Positions 48,450 to 61,877 of a stretch of 64,000 nt of DNA are shown one piece after another. The stretch comes from Squalus acanthias (lineage: Eukaryota), in the NCBI GenBank assembly GCA_030390025.1, contig CM059433.1:18912001-18976000 (forward strand), given 5' to 3'. The notes beneath the pieces were generated by a model. The model searched no databases. It was not told where the DNA came from and saw only the letters and a program-made list of their open reading frames with translations. A program made the position numbers and the translations under genes. The stretch's first letter is position 1; each line of letters opens with the position of its first letter.

Positions 48450-51400
48450 CAGTGGTTAATTAATCAGTTGTTACCTGAGCCACACGCAAATTGGCATAGG
48501 GACAAGCAGATGAGAGAGTTAAGTGCATGGCTCAAAGAGTGGTGTGGGAGGAAGGGGTTTCAGTTCATGATGCACTGGTATCAGTACTGGAGAAAGAGGG
48601 AGCTGTTCCGTTGGCACGGGCTCCACTTAAACCAGGCTGGGACCAGTGTCCTGGCGAATCGATTAACTAGGGCAGTATATAGAGCTTTAAACTAAAAAGG
48701 GGGGGAGCGATCAGGTGAGGGGAAATTTAGAAATCTAAAGAGAAAAGTCAAAGCAATGGAGCAGTGTAGCGATTTGGGTAAAAATAAGCAGAGTGTGACA
48801 GGAAGCGACAGAGAGTTTAAAGGTAATAATGCATCAGTGATTAAGGTGAAAGCAGGGAATAATTGTAAAAAATTAAAATTAAAGGCTCTTTATTTGAATG
48901 CATGAAGCATTCGTAACAAGATAGATGAATTAGTAGCACAAATAGAGATTAATGGCTTTGATCTAATAGCCATTACAGAGACGTGGTTGCACGGTGACCA
49001 AGGTTGGGAACTAAATATTCCAGGGTACTTGACTTTTCGAAAAGACAGGCAGAATGGAAAAGGAGGGGGTAGCCCTGATAATAAAGGATGACATAAGGAC
49101 AGTACTGAGAAAGGATCTTGGCTCGGAAGATCCGGAAGTAGAATCAGTACGGGTGGAGATAAGAAATAACAAGGGGGAGAAATCACTGGTGAGAGTAGGT
49201 TATGGGCCCCCTAACAGTAGCTATACCATTGCACAGAATATTAATCAACAAATAATAGGAGCTTGTAACAAAAGTAATACAATAATCATGGGGGACTTTA
49301 ATCTTCATATAGATTGGGCAAATCAAATTGCAAAGGTAGTCTGGAAGATGAGTTCATGGAATGCATTCGAGACAGTTTCCTAGAACAATACGTCATGGAA
49401 CCAACCAGGGAACAGGCTATTTTAGATCTTGTATTGCGTAATGAGACATAGTAATCTCATAGTAAAGGATCCTCTGGGGAAGAACGATCATAGTATGATA
49501 GTTTTGGATGAGCAGAAACTTTCTCCAATTAAATATTGGGAAGACCGAAGCCATTGTTTTCAGTCCCCACCACAAACTCTGTTCCCTAGCCATTGACTCC
49601 ATTCCTCTCCCTAACACCTGTCTGAGGCTGAACCACACTGTTCGCAACCTTGGTGTCATATTTGGCCCTGAAATGAGCTTCCGACCACATATCCGCGGCA
49701 TAACTAAGACCGTCTATTTCCACCTCTGTAACATCGCCCGTCTCCGCCCTTGCCTCAGCTCATCCGCTGCTGAAACCCTCATCTCTGCCTTTGTTATCTC
49801 TAGGCTTGACTATTCCAATGCACTCCTGGTTGGCCTTCCACATTCTACCCTACGTAAACTTGAGGTCATCCAAAACTCGGCTGCCCGTGTCCTAACTCGC
49901 ACCAAGTCCAATTCACCCATCACCCCTGTGCTCGCTGACCTACATTGGCTCCCCATTAAGCAATGCCTCAATTTCGAAATTCTCATCCTTGTTTTCAAAT
50001 CCCTCCATGGCCTCCCACTTCCCTATCTCTGTAATCTCCTTCAGCCCCACAACCCCTCGAAATATCTGCGCTCCTCTAATTCTGCCCTCTTGAGCAACCC
50101 TGATTATAACCACTCAACCATTGGTGGCTGTGCCTTCTGTTGCCTAGGCCCTAAGCTCTGAACTCCCTGCCTAAACCTCTCTGCCTCTCTACCTCACTTT
50201 CTTCCTTTAAGACGCTCCTTAAAACCTACCTCTTTGACCAAGCCTTTGGTCACCTGCCCTAATTTCTCCTTATGTGGCTCGGTGTCAAATTTTTTGTCTT
50301 ATAATACTCCTTTGAAGCACCTTGGGATGTTTTACTATGTTAAAGGCACTATATGAATACAAGTTGTTGTTGTTGTTGTTAGAATTTCAGCTTGAGTTTG
50401 AGAGTGAAATACCAAAATCCGAAACGAGAGTCTTAAACTTAAATAAAGCCAATTACATAGGTATGAGGGGCGAATTGGCGAAGGTAGATTGGGAAATTAG
50501 ATTAAAAGGTATGACAGTAGATAAGCAGTGGCAGACATTTGAAGAAATATTTCAAAATTCTCAACGAATATACATGACATTGAAAAATAAAATCTCCACT
50601 AGAAAAATGATCCATCTCTGGCTATCTAAAGAAGTTAAGGATAGTTTTAAAAGAAGAGGCTTATAATGTTGCGAAGAATAGTAGTAAGCCTAAGGATTGG
50701 GAGAGCTTTAGAAACTAGCAAAGGATGACCAAAAAATTGATTAAAAGGGAGAAAATAGAATAAACTAGCAAAAAATATAAAAACAGATTGTAAGAGCTTC
50801 TACAAGTATGTAAAAAAGAAGAGAGTAGCAAAAGTAAGCGTTGGTTCCTTAGAGGCTGAGACAGGTGAAATTATAATGGGGAATAAGGAAATGGCAGAGA
50901 CTTTAAACAAATATTTTGTATCTGTCTTCACAGTAGAAGACACAAAATGCATACCAAAAATAATGGGGAACCAAGGGTCTAATGAGGGTGAGGATCTTAA
51001 AGTAGTTAATATCAGTAGAGAAAAAGTACTTGAGAAACTGATGGGACTAAAAGCCAACAAATCCCCTGGACCCGATGGCCTACATCCTAGGGTTCTAAAA
51101 GGGGTGGCTGCAGAGATAGCAGATAGGTTGTGATCTTCCAAAATTCCCTAAATTCTAGAACGGTTCCAGCAGATTTCAAGGTAGCAAAAGTAACCCCGCT
51201 ATTCAAGAAAGGAGGGAGAGAGAAAACAAGGAACTACAGGCCAGTTAGCTTGACTTCAGTCATTGGGAAAATGCTGGAATCTATTATCAGGGAAGTGGTA
51301 ACAGGGCAGTTAGAAATCATAATATGATTAGGCAAAGTCAACATGGTTTTATGAAAGGGAAATCATGTTTAACAAATTTATTGGAGTTTTTTGAGTATGT

Positions 51401-52599
51401 AACTAGCAGGGTAGATAAAGGGGAACCAGTGGATGTAGTATAGTTGGATTTCCAAAAGGCATTCGATAAGGTGCCACATAAATGGTTGCTACACATGGAT
51501 AGAGGATTGGTTAACAGACAGAAAACAGAGAGTAGGGATAAATGGATCATTTTCCGGTTGGCAGGCTGTAACTAGTGGAATGTCGCAAAGATCAGTGCTT
51601 GGGCCTCAGCTATTTACAATTTATATTAATCACTTGGATGACGAGTCTGAGTATAATGTATCCAACTTTGCTGACAATACAAAGCTAGGTGGGAAAGTAA
51701 GCTGTGAGGAGGACACAAAGAGCCTGCAAAGGGATATGGACAGGTTAAGTGAGTGGGCAATAAGATGGCAGATGGAGTATAATGTGGGGAAATGTGAAGT
51801 TATTCAATTTGGTAGGAAGAATAGAAAAACAGTATATTTTTTAAATGGAGAGAAACTATTAAGTGTTGGTTTTCAGAGAGATTTAGGTGTCCTTGTACAG
51901 GAAACACAGAAAGTTAGCATGCAGGTACAACAAGCAATTAGGAAGGCAAATGGCATGTTGGCCTTTATTGCAAGGGAGTTGGAGTACAAGAGTAAGGAAG
52001 TCTTAATACAATTGTACAGGGCTTTGGTGAGACCACACCTGGAATACTGTGCACAGTTTTGGTCTCCTTATCCGAGGAAGGACATTCTTGCCTTAGAGGC
52101 GGTGCAACGAAGGTTCACTAGATTGATCCCTGGGATGAGAGGATTGTCCTTTGAGGAGAAATTGAGCAGATTGGGCCTATACTCTCTAGAGTTTAGAAGA
52201 ATGAGAGGTGATCTCATTGAAACATATAAGATACTGAGTGGGATTGACAGGGTAGATGCTTAGAAGTTGTTTCCTCTGGCTGGAGAGTCTAGGACTAGGG
52301 GGCATAGTCTCAGGATAAGGGGTCGGCTATTTAAGACTGAGATGAGGAGGAATTTCTTCACTCAAAGGGTTGTGAATCTTTGGAAGTCTCTACCCCAAAG
52401 GGCTGTGGACGCTGAGTCTTTGAGTATATTCAAGGCTGAGATAGATAGATTTTTGGACTCTAGGGGAATCAAGGGATATGGGGATCGGGCGGCAAAGTGG
52501 AGTTGAGGTCAAAGATCAGCCATGATCGTATTGAATGGTGGAGCAGGCTCGAAGGGCCGTATGGCCTACTCTTACTCCTAGTTCTTATGTTCTTATGTT
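48450..52599 (+). mobile_element. Near full-length degenerate CR1 (ORF1 esterase end, APE, RT, 3' tail)
   Basis: ORF1 remnant LLPEP...WLKEWC...HGLHLNQAG; APE IAITETWL and [42 protein letters not shown] tail. Confidence 0.93.
49502..50379 (+). mobile_element. L2 LINE 3' portion inserted into CR1
   Basis: ORF 49508-50161 SRNFLQLNIGKTE...AFVISRLDYSNALL...LHWLP; (TTG)n tail; host CR1 reads DHSMI|EFQ across it. Confidence 0.92.
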
Positions 52600-53891
52600 T
52601 GAAAGGGGAGAGGGAAGGGAAGAGAGGGGAGTACAAATAAATAGTCTCAATGCTGCGCAGCGCTCATCTCAGGAAAAAACAGCAGCACAAATGGCCAGTG
52701 GGCATCATGATCAGAGGATTGGTTGAAGGGATATTGGTCTCTGATTCTATAATCTGATTTTTCTTGTGTCTCTGATTCTGCCTTTTGATCAGTCTCTTGC
52801 CCCAGTGAATTGCTTTCAAGATCCTCGCCTCTGACTTCAGATACCTTCATGACTTTGCCCTACTCCAGCTCATTGGTCTCCAGCTGTGCCTCCCTTTTGT
52901 CTTCTGACACCGGTTTGCTTCTCATTCCTCGCACTCACTAGAGTTAGAACATTAAATATGAAGCATTAAGCCAAAAGAAAATTGCATATGAGACAATTAG
53001 TAGCAAGAAATTTACCCTTTTTATGTAATTAAATGTGACAGAGAAATATGGCATGACAAACAGGAAATGGGAATAGCACACATTTCTTATTTATAAATAT
53101 ATTATTTTTATTTAGTACAAAGATTAAGGAAATAATCTGAAATGTTGGTGGTAGCAGATTCAACAGTAATATTCAAAAGAGAATTGGATAAATACTTGAA
53201 GGGAAAAAAATACAAGGCTATGGGGAAAGAGCAGGGGGGAAGGGAGTGGGATTAATTGGATAGCTCTAAAAAGAAAGACTTGCATTTATATAGTACCTTT
53301 TACGACCACCGGACGTCCCAAAGTGCTTTACAGCCAGTGATGTACTTTTTGAAGTGTAGTCACTGTTGTAATGTAGCTCTACCAAAGAGCCGGCACGGGC
53401 ACGATGGGCCGCTCTGTGCTATATCATTCTATGATTCTATATTTATATAAATATAATTCCCTGTTTGATTGGCAAACTTTGTAGATTGGAATGTGCTTGT
53501 CAGTTTCAAGTTGCAGCTCAGAATTATTCAGCATTTTAAGTGTTTTTTACAACTGTAACGAAGTATGATATCTGCAAGTGCTGACATACTGTTCTTAATA
53601 TAATCTCTCTTGGTATTGCACATGGGGAGTCAACACCAAGTGCAGAATTCAGATCAAGCAGGATTAGAGGGCTGCAAGATAACTGGACCCAGGTGGGGAA
53701 GAGGAGGGGAGGGGAGGAGGATTAGGGCAGCAGGTGAGGAGAGGGAGTGGGAATGGGAAAGGGAAAAGGAGGAGACACGAGAAGGAGGAAGTTGTGGGGG
53801 GTGGTGGTTTGTGTCAGCTTCACCTCTGACTTCTGAACGGTTCGAATCGCTCCCACTCCCTTGGTTCTAGACCTTGGACTTATTTGGGGGT

Positions 53892-55499
53892 TGTGACAAA
53901 AAGGTGCAGCAGACAACTGAGTTTGATGAAAGAACTTCAATCTTTATTAAAAGGGTAAAACACAAATAACAACACTCTAAACACTCTAAAGGTGGGGAAC
54001 ACTTCGGTACAAGCGAGGGAAATGACAGTAGAACAATACTTCACCCCTCCCAACCCCACTTTACTAGCTAAGTTAGGTTTTGAAGGACCAGGGATAATGC
54101 TCACCAATCCTTTGACAGTTGGGCTAAATCACAGTTTTGGGGTTCGCTGTTTATGGCGGTTAGTGTCTGCCGTACCCCGTACGCGGTAGAGGACTTCACC
54201 TGTGTATCTGGTCAGTCTTCGCGAGTCCGCTGATGCGGTAGGATGTCGTTTTGGATTTATCTGGTGAGTACCCAATTTCTTTGGTTTAGCAGTAGGGTTT
54301 AGAGTCTTTGGGGAAAATCTTACCCAGGGGTAAGTCAGGAGTAGATTGTAGAGTGGAAACTTTGTGGTTCTTCGGGTTTTCTTCCCTTGAGTTGGTCTTT
54401 GTTGGTCTCGGTGGCCTGCTATTACCCAGTCAGTTGGGGGTAATATGCGATTGTTGGTTTCTTGAGGCCTTTGGTTTCCGCGATGGTTTTAGGCCTTGTC
54501 TAGTGTGTCGGTCGACCTCGTGGAGACGTTGGTGACTTGTTGCTGCTTGTTGCTCCGGGTGACTGTGTTGGGACCGTTGTTGGAGATCCGTCGAGGTGGT
54601 ATCTTCACGAGCTGGACTCAGGTGTGTCTGAGTGGTGAACGATGCTGACTCGCTTCCAGCTCAGCTTGTCTTCTTCCTTGTTTCTTCTTCTTCTGATGAC
54701 CACCCTGAACTGCTTAACGGGCCTTCAATTATACTGAATTGAAGTGGCCTTATCTATCCGTCAAATCTACTCAGTTCTTTGTCTGGTTTTGGCGGGCTCG
54801 TTAATTGGTAATGACTTACTAGCATGTTAACTGGTTTTTTTAACAGGCCTTCAATCTCACCCATTGAACATGGCCTTATCTACCCGCCAAATCTGCTCAG
54901 TTCATTGTCTGATTTTGGCGGGCCTGTTACCAGTAACTGCTCTGTAAGTGTCAAATGACTTTTGGGATGGCTTGCATCCTGTCGATCTCCTTGGTTGATC
55001 ACTGGTGATTGATTTCGTGTTTGGGTTTCTAGGCTGGACTCGGTCTTTCTATAGAATGGTCCTGAGTGGGTTTTGTTATGCATGTTTCTGATGGGCCCTG
55101 TAATCGGTTTTGATGGGGCCTGTATTTTGGGATGACCCCACTCAAGCCCCAGGGTCTATTGTCAAAATGTTAATGTCTGCTGGGGTTTGAGTGGGGTCAT
55201 CCCGGTTCCCCAGACAGTGTAATTAACTGCAATAACCAAAACTGCTTTTACAGAGGTCGATACCACCTCCTTGTCCCTTTACAGGCCCAGATATGGTTTT
55301 AAAATGCCAAAACTTGGTTTTTGGTCTTAAATTCCTTATGTTAGGCCCAAATGCATTTTTATCACTCTGAGGTAGTTCCAAAGTCCTTTTTCCTTAGGTT
55401 TTGGGGATCTGTAAATTTTGGAAACCTTACAGAAGTATTTTTCTTCTTTTGTTGGGTATAGCTCGTGGGTATTGTGGATGGGAGCTACTAAGAGCTACA
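53892..55499. mobile_element. Candidate long solo LTR (~1.6 kb) with internal repeats and hairpins
   Basis: TGT...ACA ends, flanks GGGT/GGGC (imperfect 4-bp TSD), minus-strand AATAAA at 53943-53948, compositionally distinct from its flanks, no coding capacity recognised. Confidence 0.45.
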
Positions 55500-58123
55500 G
55501 GGCACATCATCAGAGGTAGTTCCTCAACAGCTCACTTTGCATGTCCTCCCTCATGTCCATCTTACTTCCCCGATCTCCTCAATCCCATTATGTCTCCGAT
55601 ACCTTTGGCTTACTATTACCCCCTCCCCTACTTACCAACCCTCACTTCTATTGCATTCCCTACATCTTTCAATTATCAGTTGAATCCCTGTATCCTCCCC
55701 TCCCCTTTGCCCCCTGTTGCTTCCTGACCCCTCCTTTTACTCCTTCGACCCCCAGTTTGCCACTTATCTGCAATTCTACCCGAGGATGTGCACCCAGAGG
55801 TCACTTCACCCTGATCCTCCAATCACCTCCTGTTGTTCCCATGGCCTCCTTCCCACCCCAGGGCATCCCCCACCCTCATTGCCTTCTTACCCCGACTTGT
55901 TGCTGCTCCCATTACGTGCCTGCACGCAATCATATTCCACTATAGATCCAGGAACCTCAATCCATCCTATGAAGTGCTCAGACAACCAGATATCATTCTC
56001 TATCACCTCTTGTTGTTCCCATTGACTCCTTCACACAAAATAATGTGCCTGTTTCAAAAACCTATAGAATTTCTGACGGTAAAAAGCAGGGACTTGGCTT
56101 AAATGGGTCCCATGCCAAATTCTGCTCTCCCCCCCACCACCTCACCCCGCCTGGATTTCAAAAAGGTTTATGGCCCCAGTTCCAAGGAATCTCAGATCTC
56201 TTAATTTTTCTGTCTCTATTATATTGATCTGGGCCCTGTAACTCCAGTGGAACCCACTCCAGAGACTGGGTCCCATCATTTTTTGAGTGTTCCACTGGTA
56301 GCTCTTTCAACGGGCCGAATGGCCTTCCCTTCTGTGCTGTATGATTCTATGATTCTCAGCAAAAGTGCTCTGAGCTGACATGCTTCCCGCTCCCACGCTG
56401 CTACGCTCCTGCAGTCTAGCCCTGCCTGAGGCATGCACAACACTGAAGGAGCAGAGCAGCACTGCTGAGCAGGGGAGGTGAACGCCAGCCCACTGCGCTC
56501 CTGCTGAGAAAGCCGGCTGCACTGTCAATAGGTTTTGCTTTTCAAAAACAAATGACCACAACCCCAATAGCAGATCAGCTGTTCCTGCAGGTTTTTCCCC
56601 CCAAGGGAGTGCTTTTCATGAATAGCACACATCTCACTTTACCTGACTAAGCTGTGCTGGGTCTGGGAGCAGGGAGAAGGATAGCCACAGCAAAGCTTGG
56701 AGAAACCGATTGGCCCAAACCCACAACGGCTGAGCTCGAGGATGCCAGTACCCCTGCCCTACCGATAGACTGAAACCCATACAGTAGGGCCAGCAATCAA
56801 GAGGCTTCAAGCTGTCAAATTTTGGGGACTTTTATATTTCAGGCAATTTAATTTTGTGTGTGACTTTAGCATTGTTTTGCTGATTATTGGTGGCACAATG
56901 CTCAAAAGATACTGAAAAGAACTGATGTGGATGCAAACTGGAAAATTCAAGTAATGCTTTCAGAAAAAGAACAAAGTGCTGTTTTGCAAGATTATCTAAG
57001 TGTGACGAGAATAGAAAACACACATTGTAGCCAAGAAGATCTTAGTTTCAGGTGCAGTGGAACACCCAGAGGTATAGCCTACATTGGGTAGGGAGCAAAC
57101 AATTAGAACAATAATGTTTTGTAAATGTTGCGCTACATTTTTGAATAAGAGAAATGAATGTTCGCAAATGAAAATGGGCAATTGGACAGCTGCCAATAAA
57201 CCCATTTTACAGGGAAAAAACCTACTTTTAACGAAGACAAGTTACTTTAAAAGCTTTTTAGAGTTATTCAGGAACATTGTGTCCACACAATGTTTCATTA
57301 ATAGCCAGTTTGTCACAGTAAGGGATGGATTAAAGGCAACTAACGTGGTTTGTTTACTTTGAATCCACAAAGCCTGCTTCAGGAATTGTACATTGACACG
57401 CTTGTCAGTGCAGATTCGCAAAACTATGACATTTAACAAATCCCTGGCATTCAGGCATCCCTTACTTGTAAATCTGTATGCTTGCCACAGAATCGAATAG
57501 AATAAGCATATCTGCAGGGATCATTAAAAATCAGCTTTTTCACCGTTAATTCAACAAATTTTTGAGATGGTGAATCGGTATAAGAATGATTTCCTCCTGA
57601 ATTTTAGGACAAATAAAGAAAATGAGCCATTGTTTTAACAAACCATCAGGTCTGGAAATGCGTACGTGTTGTGCACTGTACATGTCGAGCTGACATCTCT
57701 CGCCCCGACTTCTGGCAGGATAAGAAATGAAGGCTGCATAATTTGGATTTTTTTTTTAAAGAGGACCTGGGTCGTCTTTGAGTCCTGCTGTGAGGATGAC
57801 CTTCTTTATACTGCGGCAAATGTCAGTCTTTCACTCCTAATTAGGTATGGAGCAAGGACACCAACTCTACCTTTATTTAATGATGTTCAAAACAAAATCT
57901 GATTTTTTTTCTTAATTTACCCGCGTTTTTGGAGTCCAATTCTTCCCCTTTCTTTGAACAATAAAAATAAAATCTGAGAATATTCAAAAAGGCCTGGGTT
58001 TTTAAATTGGGAAAAAAAAACACTGGCTTTAAATGGCGTTTAATTAGCTAGTTCACTCAGTCACCAAGGTGCTGATTCAGGAAAGGATCTGATGATTTTT
58101 GGACTTTTTTCAATTCTAAAACT

Positions 58124-59270
58124 CGGCCGGATATTTCCCGTTGCCGTGCGTGCGGGTTTGGAGGCGGGTTGGCTGTAAAAATAGCGAAAATCGCCGGCGC
58201 ATCGGGAACCCGCCGTCATCCCGCCTCCTCATGCCTTTAGCTCAGGCGCATTCGCCAGCGCGCCATGGACCTGATTGGGAGAGGCGGGCGACATATTTTA
58301 ACTCATTAAATGCTTGTTATCAGACCCTTAACTGGGTTTTTAACAACAGCTTCAGAATTTAACGGCATGAGCGCGGGAAGCACGCAGCTCGGGAACCTCG
58401 CCTGTGAAGGGGAGGCGGAAGCTCAGTGGCCATTGTGCGAGGGCATTAATTGACAGCTGGGAATACCAGATAAATACACACACCTTACACCTCATCAGTT
58501 GCCTAAGGGAAAGGCTGTTGCTGACTCCATTTTGTGCAGTGATTTAGCTGTCAGGAGTTTGCAGGTCATTCCTGTAACCTTGGAAGCCAGTCTCACCACA
58601 TTGGTACTCACTACCACAACATTGAGGGATTGGCCCTCTGATCGCTACTTAACCTGCCATCTACGGCACCAGCATGAGTGCTGCTTACACTGTCTCACCT
58701 TGGTCCTCAGAATCGGACCAAGATGAGCACCACCACCACCAACACCAGTAGCAACCACACTAGCAGCCTTCTCCTCAACAGGAGGAGGGGGACATCACAG
58801 GGCTGCAGTGCGCTGGAGGCGATACCCACAACACAGGGTATACAGGCAGAGGATGAGCTTCCTCAACATGACTGAGCAGCAGTGCTTCAGGAGGCTCAGG
58901 CTATCATGCCAGGTCATCGCAGACATTTGTAGCTTGCTGGAACAAGACCTGCTGCCCAAAGGTCCTGGTGGACACTCCTTGCCAAAGTCACCACTGCCCT
59001 CAACTTCTTCGCCTCAGGCTCCTTCCAGGGAATTGCAACAGATATTTGCAGGATCTCACAGTCGGCCGCCCACAGATGCATCGCCCAGGTCACCGATGCC
59101 ATGTTTCACAAGTCAGCCAATTATATCAACTTTGCCACTGATGAAGCCAGTGTTACCGAGAGGGCACTCGGCTTTGCAGCTCTGGCTGGCTTCCCACAGG
59201 TAGAGGGCGTCATCGACTGCACACATGTGGCCATGAAGGCACCCCATCATCACCCAGGAGATGCAAAGGT
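58124..59270 (+). mobile_element. PIF/Harbinger transposon left part with truncated HARBI1-like transposase (58808-59270)
   Basis: [24 protein letters not shown]...(frameshift) [16 protein letters not shown]...[16 protein letters not shown]...[20 protein letters not shown] (first catalytic D); terminus resembles MITE TIRs. Confidence 0.88.
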
Positions 59271-59539
59271 GAGAATTCCAGCCCTCCTTTCTAAGGTGTC
59301 AGCACTGTTGCCTCTGAATTAAAAGATTATGAGTTCAAGCTCTACTCCAGAGACTTGAGCACATAATCTCAGTTCACAACTGAGTGTTACACTGTCAGAA
59401 GCGCTATCTTTCAGATGAGATGGTAAACTGAGGCCCTGTCTGCTCTCTCAACATTCCATGGCACTATTTAAAGAGCAGGAGAGTTCTCCCAGTGTTCCAG
59501 CTGGCTGTCGGGCGGGTAGGCCTGTGGCACCAGGCCAGA

Positions 59540-59920
59540 GAAGAGGGAGGGATGAATCGGGGGGCGTGGTGGGAATCGGAGGCCGGAGGCAGGTCGTAAG
59601 GTTATTAGGGGCAAGAAGGGGGAGGTCGGAGGGGGGAGGAATTCAGAAGCTGGAGGGGGGGGGGGGGGGGGGGGGGGTCTAGAGGCTGGAGGGCGGAGAT
59701 CGGAAGGCTGAAGGGGGGATCAGGGGCCGGAGAGCGGAGGTCAGAAGGTGATCAGGGGCCGGAGAAGGGAGGTCAGAGAGGGGATCGGGGGCCAGAGGGG
59801 GGAGGTCACAATGTGATCGGGTGCCGGAAGGGGGATTGGGGGGAAGGTAGGAGATCGGATGCCTCATGGCGGGGGTGGGGGGAAATCGGAGACCTCAGGG
59901 GGCAGATCAGAAGGGTCGGG
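59540..59920 (+). repeat. G-rich low-complexity tract with ~24-nt poly-G (G-quadruplex potential)
   Basis: Repeated GGGG-GATCGG/GGTCAGA units; poly-G at 59654-59677. Confidence 0.8.
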
Positions 59921-61419
59921 TACCACAGTACACATTAGAATTAGGGAGTGCACATCCTGAAAGTTCCTACCATCCAATATCTAATCTCACATAGCTGGTA
60001 TAATTAATAGTTCAACTTACAAAAGAGATACACATATTTACTCCCAGATTTGTTTTGCCACAATGGGTAGACTCAGTGTCCAGAGGTTCTGCAGCTGTTG
60101 CTTATGAATGGCTTTTCCCCCCACTTTTAGGATTCTTGTAACCAATAATGGATTTAGAGTGACCTATATAATCTTATTTATGAAACAACTTCTCCTATTA
60201 GATTATATCTTTAATATTCTAAAACGATGATTGGATAAGTTATAGACTATTTCTTTTGTGAAATCCAGGTTACAGTGGAATGTTCATTTACCCATACTCT
60301 AGCCAATATATTGAATACACAGATATTGTATTTAAGTAAGCATGGTTAATCTCATATGGTACTGATTTTACTAACCCACTCATTGGTGCTATAAATTACA
60401 CAGCAACAATTCCGACATTCATCCACTTTATTTTTCCCCAATTGGTTTAAATAAAAGCAGCAGCTTCTATTCTGTAAAACCCACAGAATAAGGGTAGAAC
60501 AACTTCAATACTGGTGCTTTTTTCAACATTCAGGTAGTCAACATTTATTTAACATTGGTATTCAATTCTGTTTGATATAATCTAGGCCTGGATTTTCCGA
60601 TGCGGGGGGGGTGTTATCTCCAGCAGGCAGGACTTCTGCCACCCCAGAGATGCCCTCCTCTGATTTCAGATGATTTTTCTATCCCTGAGGTAATGTGGAC
60701 GCAGGAAGTGGGCTCTCCAGCTTCTACCAGGGAGTTGTGCCAAGCTGGAGGGGGCCACCGCAGCCGAAGGATGAAGGTAGCTGCCTGAAGAAAAATATGT
60801 ATTTTTTTTCTGATGAAAACTTTCTGGTACTGCTGGAACCAGTGCACAGCCATCCCCTCAGATCACTAACACAGTACCCTTGAACATCACTCCTCCTATG
60901 CTACCTCTGCCATCCTTTGAATGCTGGGTCCTAACAGACGGCCCAAGTATCCAGCATCCACTAGGGGGAAACCCACATACATGCTGGCACATTTTATGTT
61001 ACCAAGTCCAGCCACCGAGAATTGGGGGGATGGGGGCATAGAGGAGTGACGCAGTGGAATATTTCCCTGAGAAACTTTGTCTCTATCCGTCTAAGCTCTG
61101 ATGAAAAATTGGCATGAATAGGCTGAAGCCCTCATTTATGCTTTTATCACCTCCAAAGTATTGATTTAAATATCCTCATTTACAAATCCCTCCATGGTCT
61201 TCCCACCGACCTCCCCCACGCACCCCCCCCCCCCACCCCACCGCCGCCCTTCCCCACCCCACACTTCGGCAACCTTTTCAAGCCCTACATCTCAGACATC
61301 ATTCGCTCCCCTGGTCTCTGGCCCATCATGTGCACCCACCCATCCTCTCTCCACTCCACCTGTAGCCATCATGACCCGGCATTCTGGAACACTCTTCCTA
61401 AACCTCTCCACCTGACTAC

Positions 61420-61870
61420 ATTCTATAATTAGAGGGATAGATTGTAGTCTTTGCAGTCAGGATCGAGAATCCTGAAGGGTGTGTTGCCTACCCCCGGTGC
61501 CAATGTAAGGGGATATCTTGAAACAGCTGGAAAAGAATCTGGAAAGGGAGTGGGAGGATCTAGTTGCTGTGCTCTATGTCGGAACCACTGACACAGGAAA
61601 GATTAGGGAAGAGGTCCTGCTAAGGGAGTATCAGGAGTTAGGATCTAAATTGAAAAGCAGGACCTCACGGGTAATAATCTCGGATTACCTGAGCCACGTG
61701 TAAATTGACAAAGGGACAAACGGATTAGGAAAGTCAACATGTGGCTAAAGGGGTGGTGAGGGAAGGAGGGGTTCCATGTCAGGGGGGACACTGGTACCAG
61801 TACTGGGACAGTAAGGAGCTGCAGCATTGGGACAGGGACCAAGTCCTAGCGGAAAGGATAACTAGGGCTG
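61420..61870 (+). mobile_element. CR1 ORF1 (SGNH esterase-like) remnant
   Basis: VCCLP..., LYVGTTDTGK..EVLLREYQELGSKLKSRTSRVIIS; homologous to 48450-48695. Confidence 0.75.
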
Positions 61871-61877
61871 TAAATTG

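Noticed and set aside
56245..56300. Small inverted repeat CCAGTGGAAC..GTTCCACTGG
   Set aside because: Short, single copy, no TSD or other support for a function.
58808..59322. Host HARBI1 gene
   Set aside because: Frameshifted, truncated after the first catalytic Asp by a SINE, and preceded by a transposon-like terminus.
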